IMG/VR virus record: IMGVR_UViG_3300036781_000418
Span: 248,001 to 312,000 of that record
Reading direction: 5' to 3' (one strand)
Length of the DNA stretch: 64,000 nt
Of this stretch, positions 16,765 to 26,716 are shown one piece after another. Each line of letters begins with the position of its first letter. The stretch's first letter is position 1. A program made the translations under genes and the position numbers. The notes under the pieces were generated by a model, which had not been told where the DNA came from, made no database searches, and saw nothing but the letters and a program-made list of their open reading frames with translations.

Positions 16765-17057
16765 GGGGCCGCGTTCGCTGGCGGATGAAGGTTGACACTC
16801 ACCTGCCGCCGTTCATCTACAAAGGTGTCAAGGTTCAACTTACCCGAATCAGGGGCAGCCGCTGGTCAGAGTGGGTACTGACCCCCATCAAGCCGTCTCA
16901 CAAACGAATGTTGGAGAAGTGGTCACGCGGTAGCCGATCAACCGATGTCCGATGTCCAACTTCCTTCAGCAGCCTCAAATGGACCTATAAGATGGCTCTT
17001 GAGGAGGTTGGAATTTTTACCGCACCTTACCTTAACTGGCGATGGAACATCGCGTAA
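16752..17057 (+). CDS. Hypothetical protein
   Basis: ORF in operon. Confidence 0.5.
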   Translation: MYRLRGRVRWRMKVDTHLPPFIYKGVKVQLTRIRGSRWSEWVLTPIKPSHKRMLEKWSRGSRSTDVRCPTSFSSLKWTYKMALEEVGIFTAPYLNWRWNIA

Positions 17058-17070
17058 CTGGAGACCCACG

Positions 17071-18087
17071 ATGAAAGTTGTCCTTAACCCAAACCTCGTT
17101 GAAGTGCCGGCACTTCAACGCAATCCACGCTACAAGTCCTATCGCGATGACATGAACGCCTTCATGCCGTACATGACGGAGCGGCTTCTTGGCTGGAAAG
17201 GTTTTAAGACTACGCTCAAGGACTACGTCAGCATGACGCCGCGCGAGGGTCGTGATCGTTTGACCATGGGTTTCATGGGCACGTTGGCTGACTGCTACTC
17301 GCGCCACCGCAAGTTCCGCCTGTCACCGACTGACATGTGGTTTGTAGCCATGTCCGAAACGGCCAAGCTCGTCAACGCCCAACCTGAAGTGTACCGCCAC
17401 TTGTTCACGGACTCCGACCAAAAGAAGGAGATCACGGTGATGACGGGCGACCCGGCGCAAATTGGCATCAGCGCCCTCATCCAGCAGTTGGTTGGCCTGC
17501 TGCCTAAGCAGGATGGCTACGACACCCTTGAGTTGATGGTGCCTGAGCTGTCCACCTCCAACAGTCGTTCCAGCATCGCCGTGGCGGCCTGCTTCTGCGA
17601 CATGGTTCAGTCGTACTACAGCTACTCCACGATGATGTGCGGTCTGCCGGAGCTTGACGTGGCCGGCGTGGTGGAAGACTGGACCATGCTGACTCGGAAC
17701 ACTGAGGCCCTTGGCGAGATGTTCGGTAGCACGCCAGCTGGGGTGTACATGGTTCAGCTCAACTGGTTGTTCTCAGCCATCGCCGCGCAGTTCATGCTGC
17801 CTGAACCTAACGTTGACTTCTGGAAGGACATCTTCCGCACGAAGAACGTCGGCTCAGGCGGTGAGCTTGAGATCAACGGTTGGATCGCACAGCTTTATCC
17901 ACTTGACAAGCGTGGCAAGAAGCTTGAAAACTTTGAGATCGCGGTGGGCGGCGTTCCGTACAAGAACCTCGAGACCCAGCGTGAATTCACCGCCTACTAC
18001 GGCGCCTTCTCCGAGCTGATCGACGCCGACGGTTTCGTCTACCTCGACTACGACTACTTCGTCATTGAACGCAACCCCAAGGAGTGA
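17071..18087 (+). CDS. DUF4419-like protein
   Basis: YSRHRKFRLSPTDMWF; MMCGLPELDVAG..EDW; INGWI. Confidence 0.75.
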   Translation: MKVVLNPNLVEVPALQRNPRYKSYRDDMNAFMPYMTERLLGWKGFKTTLKDYVSMTPREGRDRLTMGFMGTLADCYSRHRKFRLSPTDMWFVAMSETAKLVNAQPEVYRHLFTDSDQKKEITVMTGDPAQIGISALIQQLVGLLPKQDGYDTLELMVPELSTSNSRSSIAVAACFCDMVQSYYSYSTMMCGLPELDVAGVVEDWTMLTRNTEALGEMFGSTPAGVYMVQLNWLFSAIAAQFMLPEPNVDFWKDIFRTKNVGSGGELEINGWIAQLYPLDKRGKKLENFEIAVGGVPYKNLETQREFTAYYGAFSELIDADGFVYLDYDYFVIERNPKE

Positions 18088-18090
18088 ACC

Positions 18091-18510
18091 ATGTTGATCA
18101 AGGATAGGATGCCTAAGTTGGTCGAGCTCGATAAAGTGTGTCTTGAGTCTCGCGCCGCGATGGTCAAGCCGCTGATTAAGGTCAACAACAAGCTTTGGAC
18201 CATTCAGCCAGTGGATCTCAGAAACGAGGTCTTTACCTGGGATCCAAAGCGACTGCAGCAGGTAGATGACGTAGAGCTGGTCACGTCCATCTCTACCTAT
18301 CACCACTGCGGCCACCCCGCGCTGTTTAAACCGTCCATCAGTGAGGTGCTGTGTCAGCTTCCAGAGGACTTCGCCAAGCAAGGCATCTGTTGGTTTGTAA
18401 CCGAGACTGAAGACGTCCAAATTTGTGCGGACGGCGAAGGTCACAAAACAACCACCCACCTGTACCGATACAAGGCGGACGACGTCGGCAGCGTCGCCAA
18501 CTGGGGCTGA
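18091..18510 (+). CDS. Hypothetical phage protein
   Basis: ORF in operon. Confidence 0.7.
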   Translation: MLIKDRMPKLVELDKVCLESRAAMVKPLIKVNNKLWTIQPVDLRNEVFTWDPKRLQQVDDVELVTSISTYHHCGHPALFKPSISEVLCQLPEDFAKQGICWFVTETEDVQICADGEGHKTTTHLYRYKADDVGSVANWG

Positions 18511-18511
18511 G

Positions 18512-19054
18512 ATGAAACCGTACCATCACCTTCAAGGCTTCATGCACCGCTGGTTGGTGTACAAGCTTGGGCGCTTGATGGTGCGCGTCCATCACTTTCT
18601 CGACGTGGATCGGACACCCTTCCACCACACCCACCCGTTCCACTACATCTCGATCGTCTACTGGGGTGGGTACACCGAGGAGGTAGTAGACGAACGTGGC
18701 ATCGTGTGGACGAAGTCATGGCGGGCGCCGGCCATCATCGTTCGTCGGCAGGAAGTTCCACACCGCATCATCAGCCTGCGTGGAGGTTGCTGCCGTACGC
18801 TGATCTTCACATGGTACACTGGTCGCACATGGCACCTACGCCGCATTCCCAACTTTACGCCTGAAGGTTACTTCAACTGCAAGGATGGAATGTACATGTT
18901 CAGTGACGGATTTCGTAAACGGTTCAACGGTCGCTGGTACAAGCTTTATCCAACGATCAACGAGGCGCGGGACACCCTGGTCTTGTCGATCCACCAGAAC
19001 ATAAACGCTGGTGAACCAACAAATCACTTCAGCGCGCGCCGCGCCTCACTATAA
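18512..19054 (+). CDS. Cupin-like protein
   Basis: HTHPF..ISIV..GGYTE..HRI. Confidence 0.65.
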   Translation: MKPYHHLQGFMHRWLVYKLGRLMVRVHHFLDVDRTPFHHTHPFHYISIVYWGGYTEEVVDERGIVWTKSWRAPAIIVRRQEVPHRIISLRGGCCRTLIFTWYTGRTWHLRRIPNFTPEGYFNCKDGMYMFSDGFRKRFNGRWYKLYPTINEARDTLVLSIHQNINAGEPTNHFSARRASL

Positions 19055-19061
19055 TTGGCGT

Positions 19062-19460
19062 ATGAGACAACCAATCATTCATCCAGGCGACGCTGACGCG
19101 TCGTTTGAGGACCATGAATTCGTGATTCGCTTCGCAGACGGCCGCTGGCACGCTGGCGACGGGCGAGCCGTCGACAAGCTACGCGAGGCCATCGTCTACG
19201 AGACCTCTACTGAGCTCAACGTGGACCTTGCACGCCTAAGACGCGCCAAGCCTTACCAGGGTCCGTGCGACTGTGGCTGCATGGACATGGTGGCTACCAC
19301 CTCCTTCGGCATGCTGAACTTCCTGAAGCGCCGTATGGAGGGTGCCGGTGTGTCGGACACCGTGGGTCAAGGCTACGCCCGTGATATCGGATTCATCCTG
19401 GAGCGTGAACGTCGGATGCTCCTCAACCTGCCAACCAACCGCCTCAAGGACAAATCATGA
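19062..19460 (+). CDS. Hypothetical protein
   Basis: TATAAT just upstream; ORF. Confidence 0.65.
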   Translation: MRQPIIHPGDADASFEDHEFVIRFADGRWHAGDGRAVDKLREAIVYETSTELNVDLARLRRAKPYQGPCDCGCMDMVATTSFGMLNFLKRRMEGAGVSDTVGQGYARDIGFILERERRMLLNLPTNRLKDKS

Positions 19461-19627
19461 CACCGCCCTTCATCATCGTCGCGTTGATCGTCGCCGCCCT
19501 AGCGCTGCTGGTCATTGGCCCAATCGTTGCGATCGGCCTGCTGCTCAAGCTGGTCTTCTCAAAAGCCGGGCTCTTCCTCTTGTTCGTGGGTGTGCTGTCC
19601 TACTACTCCTTCAGAGATCGCAAATGA
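19457..19627 (+). CDS. Small membrane protein
   Basis: ATGA-coupled, hydrophobic. Confidence 0.55.
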   Translation: MTPPFIIVALIVAALALLVIGPIVAIGLLLKLVFSKAGLFLLFVGVLSYYSFRDRK

Positions 19628-19857
19628 ACACCCGTTCGGAAGGTAAGCGCTACATCCTGCATGTCGCTGGCCGTGGGTTCTATCGAGGCGTCACTGGTTC
19701 GAGTCCAGTGTACTCTTACACCAAGAACGTCGGTGAGGCGAAGCGCTACGTCACCCTTACCGAGTTGGGCGCGATCTCAGTGGCCCTCGAAGCCTACGTT
19801 GGTCTAGGCACTGTGACGCCTCGCCAAATCAAGATCACCGTGGAGCTCCTCCCATGA
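19624..19857 (+). CDS. Hypothetical protein
   Basis: ATGA-coupled. Confidence 0.6.
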   Translation: MNTRSEGKRYILHVAGRGFYRGVTGSSPVYSYTKNVGEAKRYVTLTELGAISVALEAYVGLGTVTPRQIKITVELLP

Positions 19858-20228
19858 TTGAGTACCTGTGGTATGTCCTGAGGCTGAACTTCAGATTTGG
19901 AGGTCCAGCTTCCGTCGGTGCAGTCATGCAGATGGAAGGCTACACTGACTGCGATATCCATGAAATTGAGCGGCACGTCGCCCATGAAGAGGCGCTTAAG
20001 CTCTGGAACCTGCTTGGTGAAGCGCCTCGGTCGCATATTGCGTCAGGTTTTGTACGTGACGTCTTTGGTTGGGCGGCCGGCGGAAAGCTGCCGGCGAGAA
20101 CGGCCCTCCTCTACGCACAGCACTCCGTGAACACCAACGAGACCAGCTGCTGGGTGCGGTGGGCTATGGAGGAGATCATGAGCCTGGTTGAAGGCTATGA
20201 CCTGGAGAACTATTCCGGCCGGAATTGA
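19854..20228 (+). CDS. Hypothetical protein
   Basis: ATGA-coupled. Confidence 0.6.
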   Translation: MIEYLWYVLRLNFRFGGPASVGAVMQMEGYTDCDIHEIERHVAHEEALKLWNLLGEAPRSHIASGFVRDVFGWAAGGKLPARTALLYAQHSVNTNETSCWVRWAMEEIMSLVEGYDLENYSGRN

Positions 20229-20246
20229 TCCTGCACCAGGAAATAT

Positions 20247-20310
20247 GTTACACAGTCCTGGGGCCGTTACACCTTCGGATATGTACATTTCGTCAGACAG
20301 GTCTATAATT
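20247..20310 (+). promoter_or_regulatory. GTTACA-box promoter, copy 1
   Basis: GTTACA-N13-GTTACA-N10-TGTACA-N16-TATAAT. Confidence 0.75.
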
Positions 20311-20377
20311 CGCTCAACGCCACAGAACGTGTGCGCCGGAACCGAGCCACCTCTCGGATACTTGCTGAGGAAAACGA

Positions 20378-20974
20378 ATGAACACAGCTCAAAGCGCCGG
20401 CAGCACCGGCGGAACTCCTTCGACGGCCACGAATCCGGCTGACACCTCCACCACGACCTCCACGGAACCCGGCACCACCACGGTGAATCCGGCTACGACG
20501 CCAGCTGGTACGCCGGACAACACCACCCCGCCGGCCCCGAAGGCCACGGTCAAGGTGAAGGCCGCCGCCAAGTCGACCAAGGTCAAGGCTGACGGCAAGA
20601 AGGAAGCTCCGAAGAAGGAGGCCAAGCCGAAGGCTGAGCCCAAGGCCAAACCCGTCAAAGAAGCCAAGCCGCCGAAGGAGCCCAAGGCTCCGCGCGTTCC
20701 GACCGAGCGCAAGCCGGCCAAGGACGCCATGGCCCTCCGCACGCGCTTCTCCTTCGGTGACGCGTTCCTCCGCGTCGCTGAAGAAGGCAAGCACCACGAC
20801 ATGGGCAAGCTGGCCGCGTTCGGCGCTGCCTGCGGCCTGGGTACCTTCGAGGAACTCTCGAAGCGTGAGCACCAAAACCTGAGCGACGCGATCATGGGCC
20901 ACATCAAGCTCGGCGACCGCAAAGACTTCCCGAAGAACTTCAAGCTCGACGAAGGCAAGATCGCCGGTATCTGA
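20378..20974 (+). CDS. Thr- and Lys/Ala/Pro-rich protein with SFG..FL..HHD.GKL domain
   Basis: H1-like linker; C-domain resembles 22673 and 27366 products. Confidence 0.8.
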   Translation: MNTAQSAGSTGGTPSTATNPADTSTTTSTEPGTTTVNPATTPAGTPDNTTPPAPKATVKVKAAAKSTKVKADGKKEAPKKEAKPKAEPKAKPVKEAKPPKEPKAPRVPTERKPAKDAMALRTRFSFGDAFLRVAEEGKHHDMGKLAAFGAACGLGTFEELSKREHQNLSDAIMGHIKLGDRKDFPKNFKLDEGKIAGI

Positions 20975-20991
20975 TCGGCCACGCCATCCAC

Positions 20992-21020
20992 AAGGGGACC
21001 GTAAGGTCCCCTTTCCGTTT
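20992..21020 (+). terminator. Intrinsic terminator
   Basis: AAGGGGACC-GTAA-GGTCCCCTTT. Confidence 0.75.
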
Positions 21021-21032
21021 TCAGGAGAACTC

Positions 21033-21413
21033 ATGAAGCCTCTGTTCCCATTTGACCTGTCCACATACGACTGCGACATGCTGCTCAGCGACAACCCTGA
21101 GCACGCCGAGGCCTTCCGAAAGCTCACGGTATATCGCACCGTTAACCGTCATGAAGTCACCGCCACGGTCACCGAGGACGCAAAGGTCAAGATCAACGCG
21201 TGGGCGTCCAGCGACAGCGGCTTCATGCAGCAGGCCGGTACGTACTGGACGAAGATCATTCAGCTGTCTCAACTCCAGGTCCGGCAATACGTCATGAAGG
21301 AGGTGCAGCGCCGGGCGATTGAGGAGATTATGGAGGAGGATCGCCAGGAACAGCTTCAACGGGTGGCCGCCAGAGCCAAGTCGATCGCTGCTAAGCTTGG
21401 TGTGTCGAAGTAG
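21033..21413 (+). CDS. Hypothetical protein
   Basis: AGGAG RBS. Confidence 0.7.
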   Translation: MKPLFPFDLSTYDCDMLLSDNPEHAEAFRKLTVYRTVNRHEVTATVTEDAKVKINAWASSDSGFMQQAGTYWTKIIQLSQLQVRQYVMKEVQRRAIEEIMEEDRQEQLQRVAARAKSIAAKLGVSK

Positions 21414-21468
21414 TACCGACCCGGCGACACGAGGGAGGCTGAGGGCCTCCCTTCTTCGTTTGTAAATA

Positions 21469-22554
21469 GTGCATTCACTTGAGCTCCTACGAATGCGCCT
21501 GACCACCCTACTAGAGTCCCGAAAGGTCCGTGACTACCGTCATCCTCACGCTAACATGGCACGAGAAAAGTACTTCGGAGATGACAAGGGTCCGGAGTAC
21601 ATCGACCCGAAGGACGGCTTTCACTTTGAGACGAACTCCTACGGCGAGCTTGTCCTGTCAAGCACGAACAACCACAACTACTCCGCCATCGTGTCCATGG
21701 ATCCGGAGGAGGTGGCCAAGCTGCGCAAGCCAGGTCAAGGTCAAGGTCTACCTCGCGCCCTTGCGGATCGAATCAAGCAGGGCGGCAACGAGACGTGGAA
21801 CGAGTTCGGCGGCAAGGTCACCTACGCCGACAAGACGATTCGCTGCACCATCCAGCACATCCACAACAACAGGAAGCGGACCCGCATCGCCGAGGACATT
21901 CACGTAATCAAGACCGCGTTGTCGCAGCTGAAAAAGTACGGCGTCACCGACGACTTCAAGCTGACTGCGATTCAAAGCCCGTTCAAGAATATGACGGTGG
22001 GTGAAGTGCTCGGTATGCCGGACAGCAACTTCGTCTACAACATGGCCAACGCCACCACGGCCGCCATGCGCAAGCACATCAAGAACGTCAACAAGAACGG
22101 CAAATCTCGAGTTGTTAAGGACATGGACTCCTTCACCGAGCTGGCGAACAAGACGGACCTTGATTGGCCTGATCGCTACTGGCACGCGCAGGACATCACC
22201 ACCAACTCCTACTGGTTTGGCGGCAAGATGGAGTCGCTCCACGGAGACGAGGACGGTGAAATTCTGTCGCTGAAGGACCACGCCAAGCTCTTCTCCAAGC
22301 TCCTGCTCCGCCACATCGCGAAGCTGCAGGACGAAGGCATCGACGTGGTGTTCCCACCGGACGGCACGCGTCGCATGCAGCAGGCCATGCACCCAGACTG
22401 GGTATCACTTACGGGTGAGGATCTGAAGGAGCGCAAGACGGAGAAGCTTGAGCAGATGAAGGAGGACATGACGAAGTTCTTCAACGGAATCGAGGACGAT
22501 GCCAAGAAGATCGAGCTGAACCTGCTCTTGACCTACTTGGGGATCACGATCTAG
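21469..22554 (+). CDS. Late hypothetical protein
   Basis: TAAATA 21463; RLTTLLE motif near N-terminus. Confidence 0.75.
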   Translation: MHSLELLRMRLTTLLESRKVRDYRHPHANMAREKYFGDDKGPEYIDPKDGFHFETNSYGELVLSSTNNHNYSAIVSMDPEEVAKLRKPGQGQGLPRALADRIKQGGNETWNEFGGKVTYADKTIRCTIQHIHNNRKRTRIAEDIHVIKTALSQLKKYGVTDDFKLTAIQSPFKNMTVGEVLGMPDSNFVYNMANATTAAMRKHIKNVNKNGKSRVVKDMDSFTELANKTDLDWPDRYWHAQDITTNSYWFGGKMESLHGDEDGEILSLKDHAKLFSKLLLRHIAKLQDEGIDVVFPPDGTRRMQQAMHPDWVSLTGEDLKERKTEKLEQMKEDMTKFFNGIEDDAKKIELNLLLTYLGITI

Positions 22555-22557
22555 AAC

Positions 22558-22620
22558 GTTACAACTTCGGGATAACGTTACACTTTAGCAGTGTACAAAT
22601 CCCCAGGTCATGCTAGAATT
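22558..22620 (+). promoter_or_regulatory. GTTACA-box promoter, copy 2
   Basis: GTTACA-N13-GTTACA-N9-TGTACA-N16-TAGAAT. Confidence 0.75.
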
Positions 22621-22672
22621 CAACTCATGCAAACAAGCAATCCCGCTAGTTGCAGAACCTGGAGAATACATC

Positions 22673-22987
22673 ATGACCTCGACTTCCAAGACCGCACGAA
22701 CCGCCGCTACCCGTGACCTGGCCGCCCATCGCATCGCGATGAACAGCCGCGGTCGCATGTCCTTCGGCCGCACGTTCCTCGACACCCTCAAGGCTGGCAA
22801 CTCCCACCACGACGCCGCCAAGCTGTCCGCCTTCTTGGTCGCCAACGGCGCCGAGACCGCGAAGTCCATCAAGGCGAAAGCCAAGTCCGGCGAGCTGACG
22901 CTGGAATCCTTGAGCAAGGCCGCTACGACCCTGATCAAGAAGACACCGGAAGACCAACTGGTGATGAAGTTCAACCTGAACGACTAA
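22673..22987 (+). CDS. Small basic protein, paralog of 27366..27653
   Basis: AAHRIAMNSRGRMSFGRTFL...HHDAAKLSAF. Confidence 0.8.
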   Translation: MTSTSKTARTAATRDLAAHRIAMNSRGRMSFGRTFLDTLKAGNSHHDAAKLSAFLVANGAETAKSIKAKAKSGELTLESLSKAATTLIKKTPEDQLVMKFNLND

Positions 22988-23040
22988 ACCTCAGCCACCT
23001 ACGCCCACATCGCTGGGCGTAGGACCTTTCTGGAGACATC

Positions 23041-23247
23041 ATGACTGTGACGAATGTCCTCCGCGAGTTGCTTGCCGTTCGCGAGTTACGCGCCGAGTAT
23101 ATGCGCCAAAAGCAGCGACGCGCTGTGAAGTTCCGCCGCGACCTTGCCCAAGTTGCTGAGGCTGATCGTCTGAAAGCCGAGCTGGACGTTCGAGAGCCGG
23201 CCGCCTGGAAGATGGCCGAGGACGTCCTTCGAATCCAAGGAGATTAA
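23041..23247 (+). CDS. Hypothetical protein
   Basis: GGAG RBS. Confidence 0.6.
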   Translation: MTVTNVLRELLAVRELRAEYMRQKQRRAVKFRRDLAQVAEADRLKAELDVREPAAWKMAEDVLRIQGD

Positions 23248-23248
23248 C

Positions 23249-23428
23249 ATGATCAACCATGACTACGACGCAGTCAGCCTTCAAGCTGACGTTTGGAAGG
23301 CCGTGGCTCGCAGTCAGCTGCAACGTCCGGACTTTAACAGCCGTGGCGCAGCCATTGCGTTCGCCAAGGCGGTGTTCGAGGGTAAGCGTAAGGCCGAACC
23401 GGCCGTTGAGGAGATCAAGCATGACTGA
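23249..23428 (+). CDS. Small hypothetical protein
   Basis: GGAG RBS, 59 aa. Confidence 0.55.
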   Translation: MINHDYDAVSLQADVWKAVARSQLQRPDFNSRGAAIAFAKAVFEGKRKAEPAVEEIKHD

Positions 23429-24107
23429 AGACCGCATCATCGACAAGATCAAGAAGTGCCTGGAGCTGGCCAAGGACGATCGTGCTAACCCATCCGAGGC
23501 CGCCAACGCCCTGCGTCAGGCCCAAGCCCTGATGAAGAAGCACAACGTCACCTTGGGTCACATCGACCGGTCGGCCATCGGCACGGTGAACGTCACGGCC
23601 TGCAGTGTCTCGCGCCCGAAGCGCTGGGAGCTGGACCTGATGCACCTGATGGGTCGTGCCTTTGGCTGTAAGGTCACCTGGATCTCGGGTCGGTCTGGTA
23701 CGCGCTTCGGTCGGTTTAACCTGATCGGCGTGAAGTCTCAGCTGGAGATCGCCCACTACACGGCCGAGGTCATGCAGCGGAAGCTCTACAAGGCCCGCGC
23801 CAACTACGTGTCCACGTTGCCGCTCTGGATGACACGCGGTGAGAAGACCCAGGCGGCCGACGGTTTCTGCATCGGTTGGGTCGAGGCAGTCCAGAAGACG
23901 GTCCACGACTTTGAGCAGGACGGCAAGGTTAAACTGTTGCTCGAGACGATCGTCAAGGAAGCAACTGGTGATCGTCAGGCGAACATCCATGATCGTGAAG
24001 TGGCGGACGAGGACATGATGGCGGGCTACCGTGTCGGCAAGACCGAGTCGATCCACCGCCCCATGAAGGACCGTGACCCCCAACTTCAGATTGGACACGA
24101 CTCATGA
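23421..24107 (+). CDS. DUF2786-domain protein
   Basis: IDKIKKCLELA..ANPSEAANALRQAQALMKKHNV. Confidence 0.8.
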   Translation: MTEDRIIDKIKKCLELAKDDRANPSEAANALRQAQALMKKHNVTLGHIDRSAIGTVNVTACSVSRPKRWELDLMHLMGRAFGCKVTWISGRSGTRFGRFNLIGVKSQLEIAHYTAEVMQRKLYKARANYVSTLPLWMTRGEKTQAADGFCIGWVEAVQKTVHDFEQDGKVKLLLETIVKEATGDRQANIHDREVADEDMMAGYRVGKTESIHRPMKDRDPQLQIGHDS

Positions 24108-24286
24108 AGAACATTCCCAACATCACGTACCTGATGCGCTGCATCCGGTGTGATCACGAGCAGAAGGTAACCTCAGCCGCGGCCCATGAGGACGACAAGG
24201 GCGAGCAGAGCTTCTACTTTGGTTCTCGATACGACTTCTGTGACCTGTGCGACGGTCACATGGTCGTCATCAAGCAGCTCGATTAA
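24104..24286 (+). CDS. Small zinc-ribbon protein
   Basis: CIRC...CDLC. Confidence 0.6.
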   Translation: MKNIPNITYLMRCIRCDHEQKVTSAAAHEDDKGEQSFYFGSRYDFCDLCDGHMVVIKQLD

Positions 24287-24363
24287 CCACCTCGAAACCA
24301 CCGACAGGGCCTTAGGGCCCTTTGTTCGTTTCTTAAATAGAGGATCACAATGTGGATCCTCGA

Positions 24364-24843
24364 ATGAAGCTTGCCACCCTCCATGAAAGCGGCACCCTAG
24401 ATACCAAGGACGTCTCGACGCTCGTCCAGTTCCTGACTGATGTATGCGAAAATCATAAGTTCAGTCACTGGCAGCCGTTTCTCGGTTTGGTAAAGGACTA
24501 TGGGCACTACGACGCCGCGTCAGTTGAGGCCATGTACATGGGAATGTACATGGACGGCACTATTGGAATAGGAAGCCTAGATCAGGTTGTCAAGAATCTA
24601 AATCAGCTGAACAATGAGTTTACTCGGAACCTTGACCACGTGATGGGCAAGGAAGCCAAGGAGCTTATCAGCCGAGGCATGATCAACCGCTTCGATCAAC
24701 TAGGTGAGACAATAAAGCTTGCCAACGCCTTTCACACCCTGATTCAGTGGGCTGACGACGACAAAGATGAATTTGATTCAGACGAACGGGCAATCTACGA
24801 CAAGCTAATCACGCACCTTGAAAACAAGGCCCAGACGGTCTAA
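24364..24843 (+). CDS. Late protein with internal-protein-like N-terminus
   Basis: TAAATA 24334; MKLATLHE. Confidence 0.75.
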   Translation: MKLATLHESGTLDTKDVSTLVQFLTDVCENHKFSHWQPFLGLVKDYGHYDAASVEAMYMGMYMDGTIGIGSLDQVVKNLNQLNNEFTRNLDHVMGKEAKELISRGMINRFDQLGETIKLANAFHTLIQWADDDKDEFDSDERAIYDKLITHLENKAQTV

Positions 24844-24867
24844 ATACCAGATCACACGGATTCCCAA

Positions 24868-25347
24868 ATGAAGCTAGCAACCCTACGAGAAAGCCTAACT
24901 GGCAAGGCCCTCATCGATCACATCGAGCTCGCCGCGACCGAGGTCTTCGGCGAGGAGAACTCCCAGTGGGCGCCAGGCATCAACACCAAAGTAGAGGTCC
25001 TTGAACAAGGTCTCAAGTGGGCCGTTCACGAATGGAACGATTCAGGTGGTCACCATGATTTTGGATTTAGCCTTAACAGTCGAGCTGTCAAGCTTGGCCA
25101 GGCCGCCTCTTCTCTGCAGCTAAGCCCTGCACCGAATCCGGCTAAGCTTGAGGTGCTTGAGGAATTTGACCGAAAGGTCAATGAACTTGTCGATGTTTAC
25201 TCTCAGCTGGATGCAGTTTCCACCGCCGCCGAGATGTTCTTCGACATCGTTCATGACATGAACCAGGTCATCGAAGATGACGAGGATAAGTACAAAACAA
25301 AGGTCGCGATGAACACCATGAAGCTCATGGGCGCGGAGGTCTTCTAA
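24868..25347 (+). CDS. Late protein with internal-protein-like N-terminus
   Basis: TAAATA 24841; MKLATLRE. Confidence 0.75.
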   Translation: MKLATLRESLTGKALIDHIELAATEVFGEENSQWAPGINTKVEVLEQGLKWAVHEWNDSGGHHDFGFSLNSRAVKLGQAASSLQLSPAPNPAKLEVLEEFDRKVNELVDVYSQLDAVSTAAEMFFDIVHDMNQVIEDDEDKYKTKVAMNTMKLMGAEVF

Positions 25348-26126
25348 TGAACCTAGAACAACTACTCGAAGGCGACGACGCAACCGAGAGCACACCAGTC
25401 GCGCTCTTCAAAGAACTACGTGCGCTCGTTGCGAAGTTTGAGGCGCCACTTACCGTCGCTGCGCGAAAAACTAGAACCGGAACGGTCATCGTGTTTAAGC
25501 CGTCGAATAAGTCAGACGCCAACAATATCCTGTCGAACGAAGACCTGATCATGCTGTTCAGCAAACAGCTCAAGAAGGTCTTGGCTGAGAAGATCCACGC
25601 TGGTCAGAAGTTCGTGCTCTTTCAGCTCCAACTCTCCGACGCGCAGGCAGCCCATTGGTTCAAGCAGTTCAACAAGGAAGACACACTTGACGAGCTGGAC
25701 GCCTTCACAAAGGACGGCCGACTACCAAAGATCTACGTTCAGCGTGGGGCGGACGACCTTGGTGAAATGACGATCGACTTGACGATTGGGTATAAGACGC
25801 CTAGCGCGAAACGAGCCAAGAGCTTTCAAACCAGTTTTAGCTTTTCAGCGCCCACCGACACGATCAACGCCATCGTCAAGATCGCCAACCGCGATGGACG
25901 CTATCTCCAACTACATTATCCATCCGTGGTGTTCAACGAGCTGGTCAAGTTGCTGGTGTCACTTGGCGCGCCAATCGACAAGGTCATCACCGACCTTGAT
26001 CAACAGTTTCCTAGCGCGAGCATGCACGTGATCGCGTACCAGTCGCTTAAGCGAGCTCGCAACGTCCCTGGACCAAGGATTGGAGAGCTGATGTTGAAGC
26101 TCGCCAACGAATCGACTAAGGCCTAA
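25347..26126 (+). CDS. Late protein with internal-protein-like N-terminus
   Basis: MNLEQLLE. Confidence 0.75.
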   Translation: MNLEQLLEGDDATESTPVALFKELRALVAKFEAPLTVAARKTRTGTVIVFKPSNKSDANNILSNEDLIMLFSKQLKKVLAEKIHAGQKFVLFQLQLSDAQAAHWFKQFNKEDTLDELDAFTKDGRLPKIYVQRGADDLGEMTIDLTIGYKTPSAKRAKSFQTSFSFSAPTDTINAIVKIANRDGRYLQLHYPSVVFNELVKLLVSLGAPIDKVITDLDQQFPSASMHVIAYQSLKRARNVPGPRIGELMLKLANESTKA

Positions 26127-26127
26127 C

Positions 26128-26652
26128 GTGAAACTTTCAAACCTTACCGAGTCAAGTGGTGGCAAGCCAATGGTTGATTCGCTAGTAAAGCTTGCCAATG
26201 AGGTGCACAGCACGACCAACGCGCAACGAGTGAGAAGCGCAATGGACGGCTTGTCAGACGAAAGCGTACAGCACGCCCTTGAACAAGCCGTCAAGCTGTC
26301 GCAGAAGTACGGCTCAGACGGTGCCTACAACTTGTTCTCAAATCCACTTGACAACTACGACAAAATTAGGTTGGACATCGACAAGCTTCATGTGGGAAGT
26401 GAGGATTCTCACGGTGACAGGGTGCAGGTGCTTGATCCAAAGCTGCTGGTTAAGTTGAAGGCCGTCTCAGAGAGCTTCATCTCCGTAATTGAGGAGCTGC
26501 ACGATGGGGCGAACCTCATCAAACAGCTCCTTAAGCTGTTTGACTTCTTTGAGCACTATCATCGAAACATCGAAACGCGTGATCATGAAGATGCGGACGT
26601 TCACAAGGCGTTGATCAAGGCCATTTTTAAAAAGCTAGGATTGGATCTATGA
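26128..26652 (+). CDS. Late protein with internal-protein-like N-terminus
   Basis: MKLSNLTE (GTG start). Confidence 0.7.
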   Translation: MKLSNLTESSGGKPMVDSLVKLANEVHSTTNAQRVRSAMDGLSDESVQHALEQAVKLSQKYGSDGAYNLFSNPLDNYDKIRLDIDKLHVGSEDSHGDRVQVLDPKLLVKLKAVSESFISVIEELHDGANLIKQLLKLFDFFEHYHRNIETRDHEDADVHKALIKAIFKKLGLDL

Positions 26653-26716
26653 AGAAGGGTTTCCTATTTGAAGCTGGTCCGGTGTCGGCGAAGAAGTTTG
26701 GATTGGAGTTTACGGA

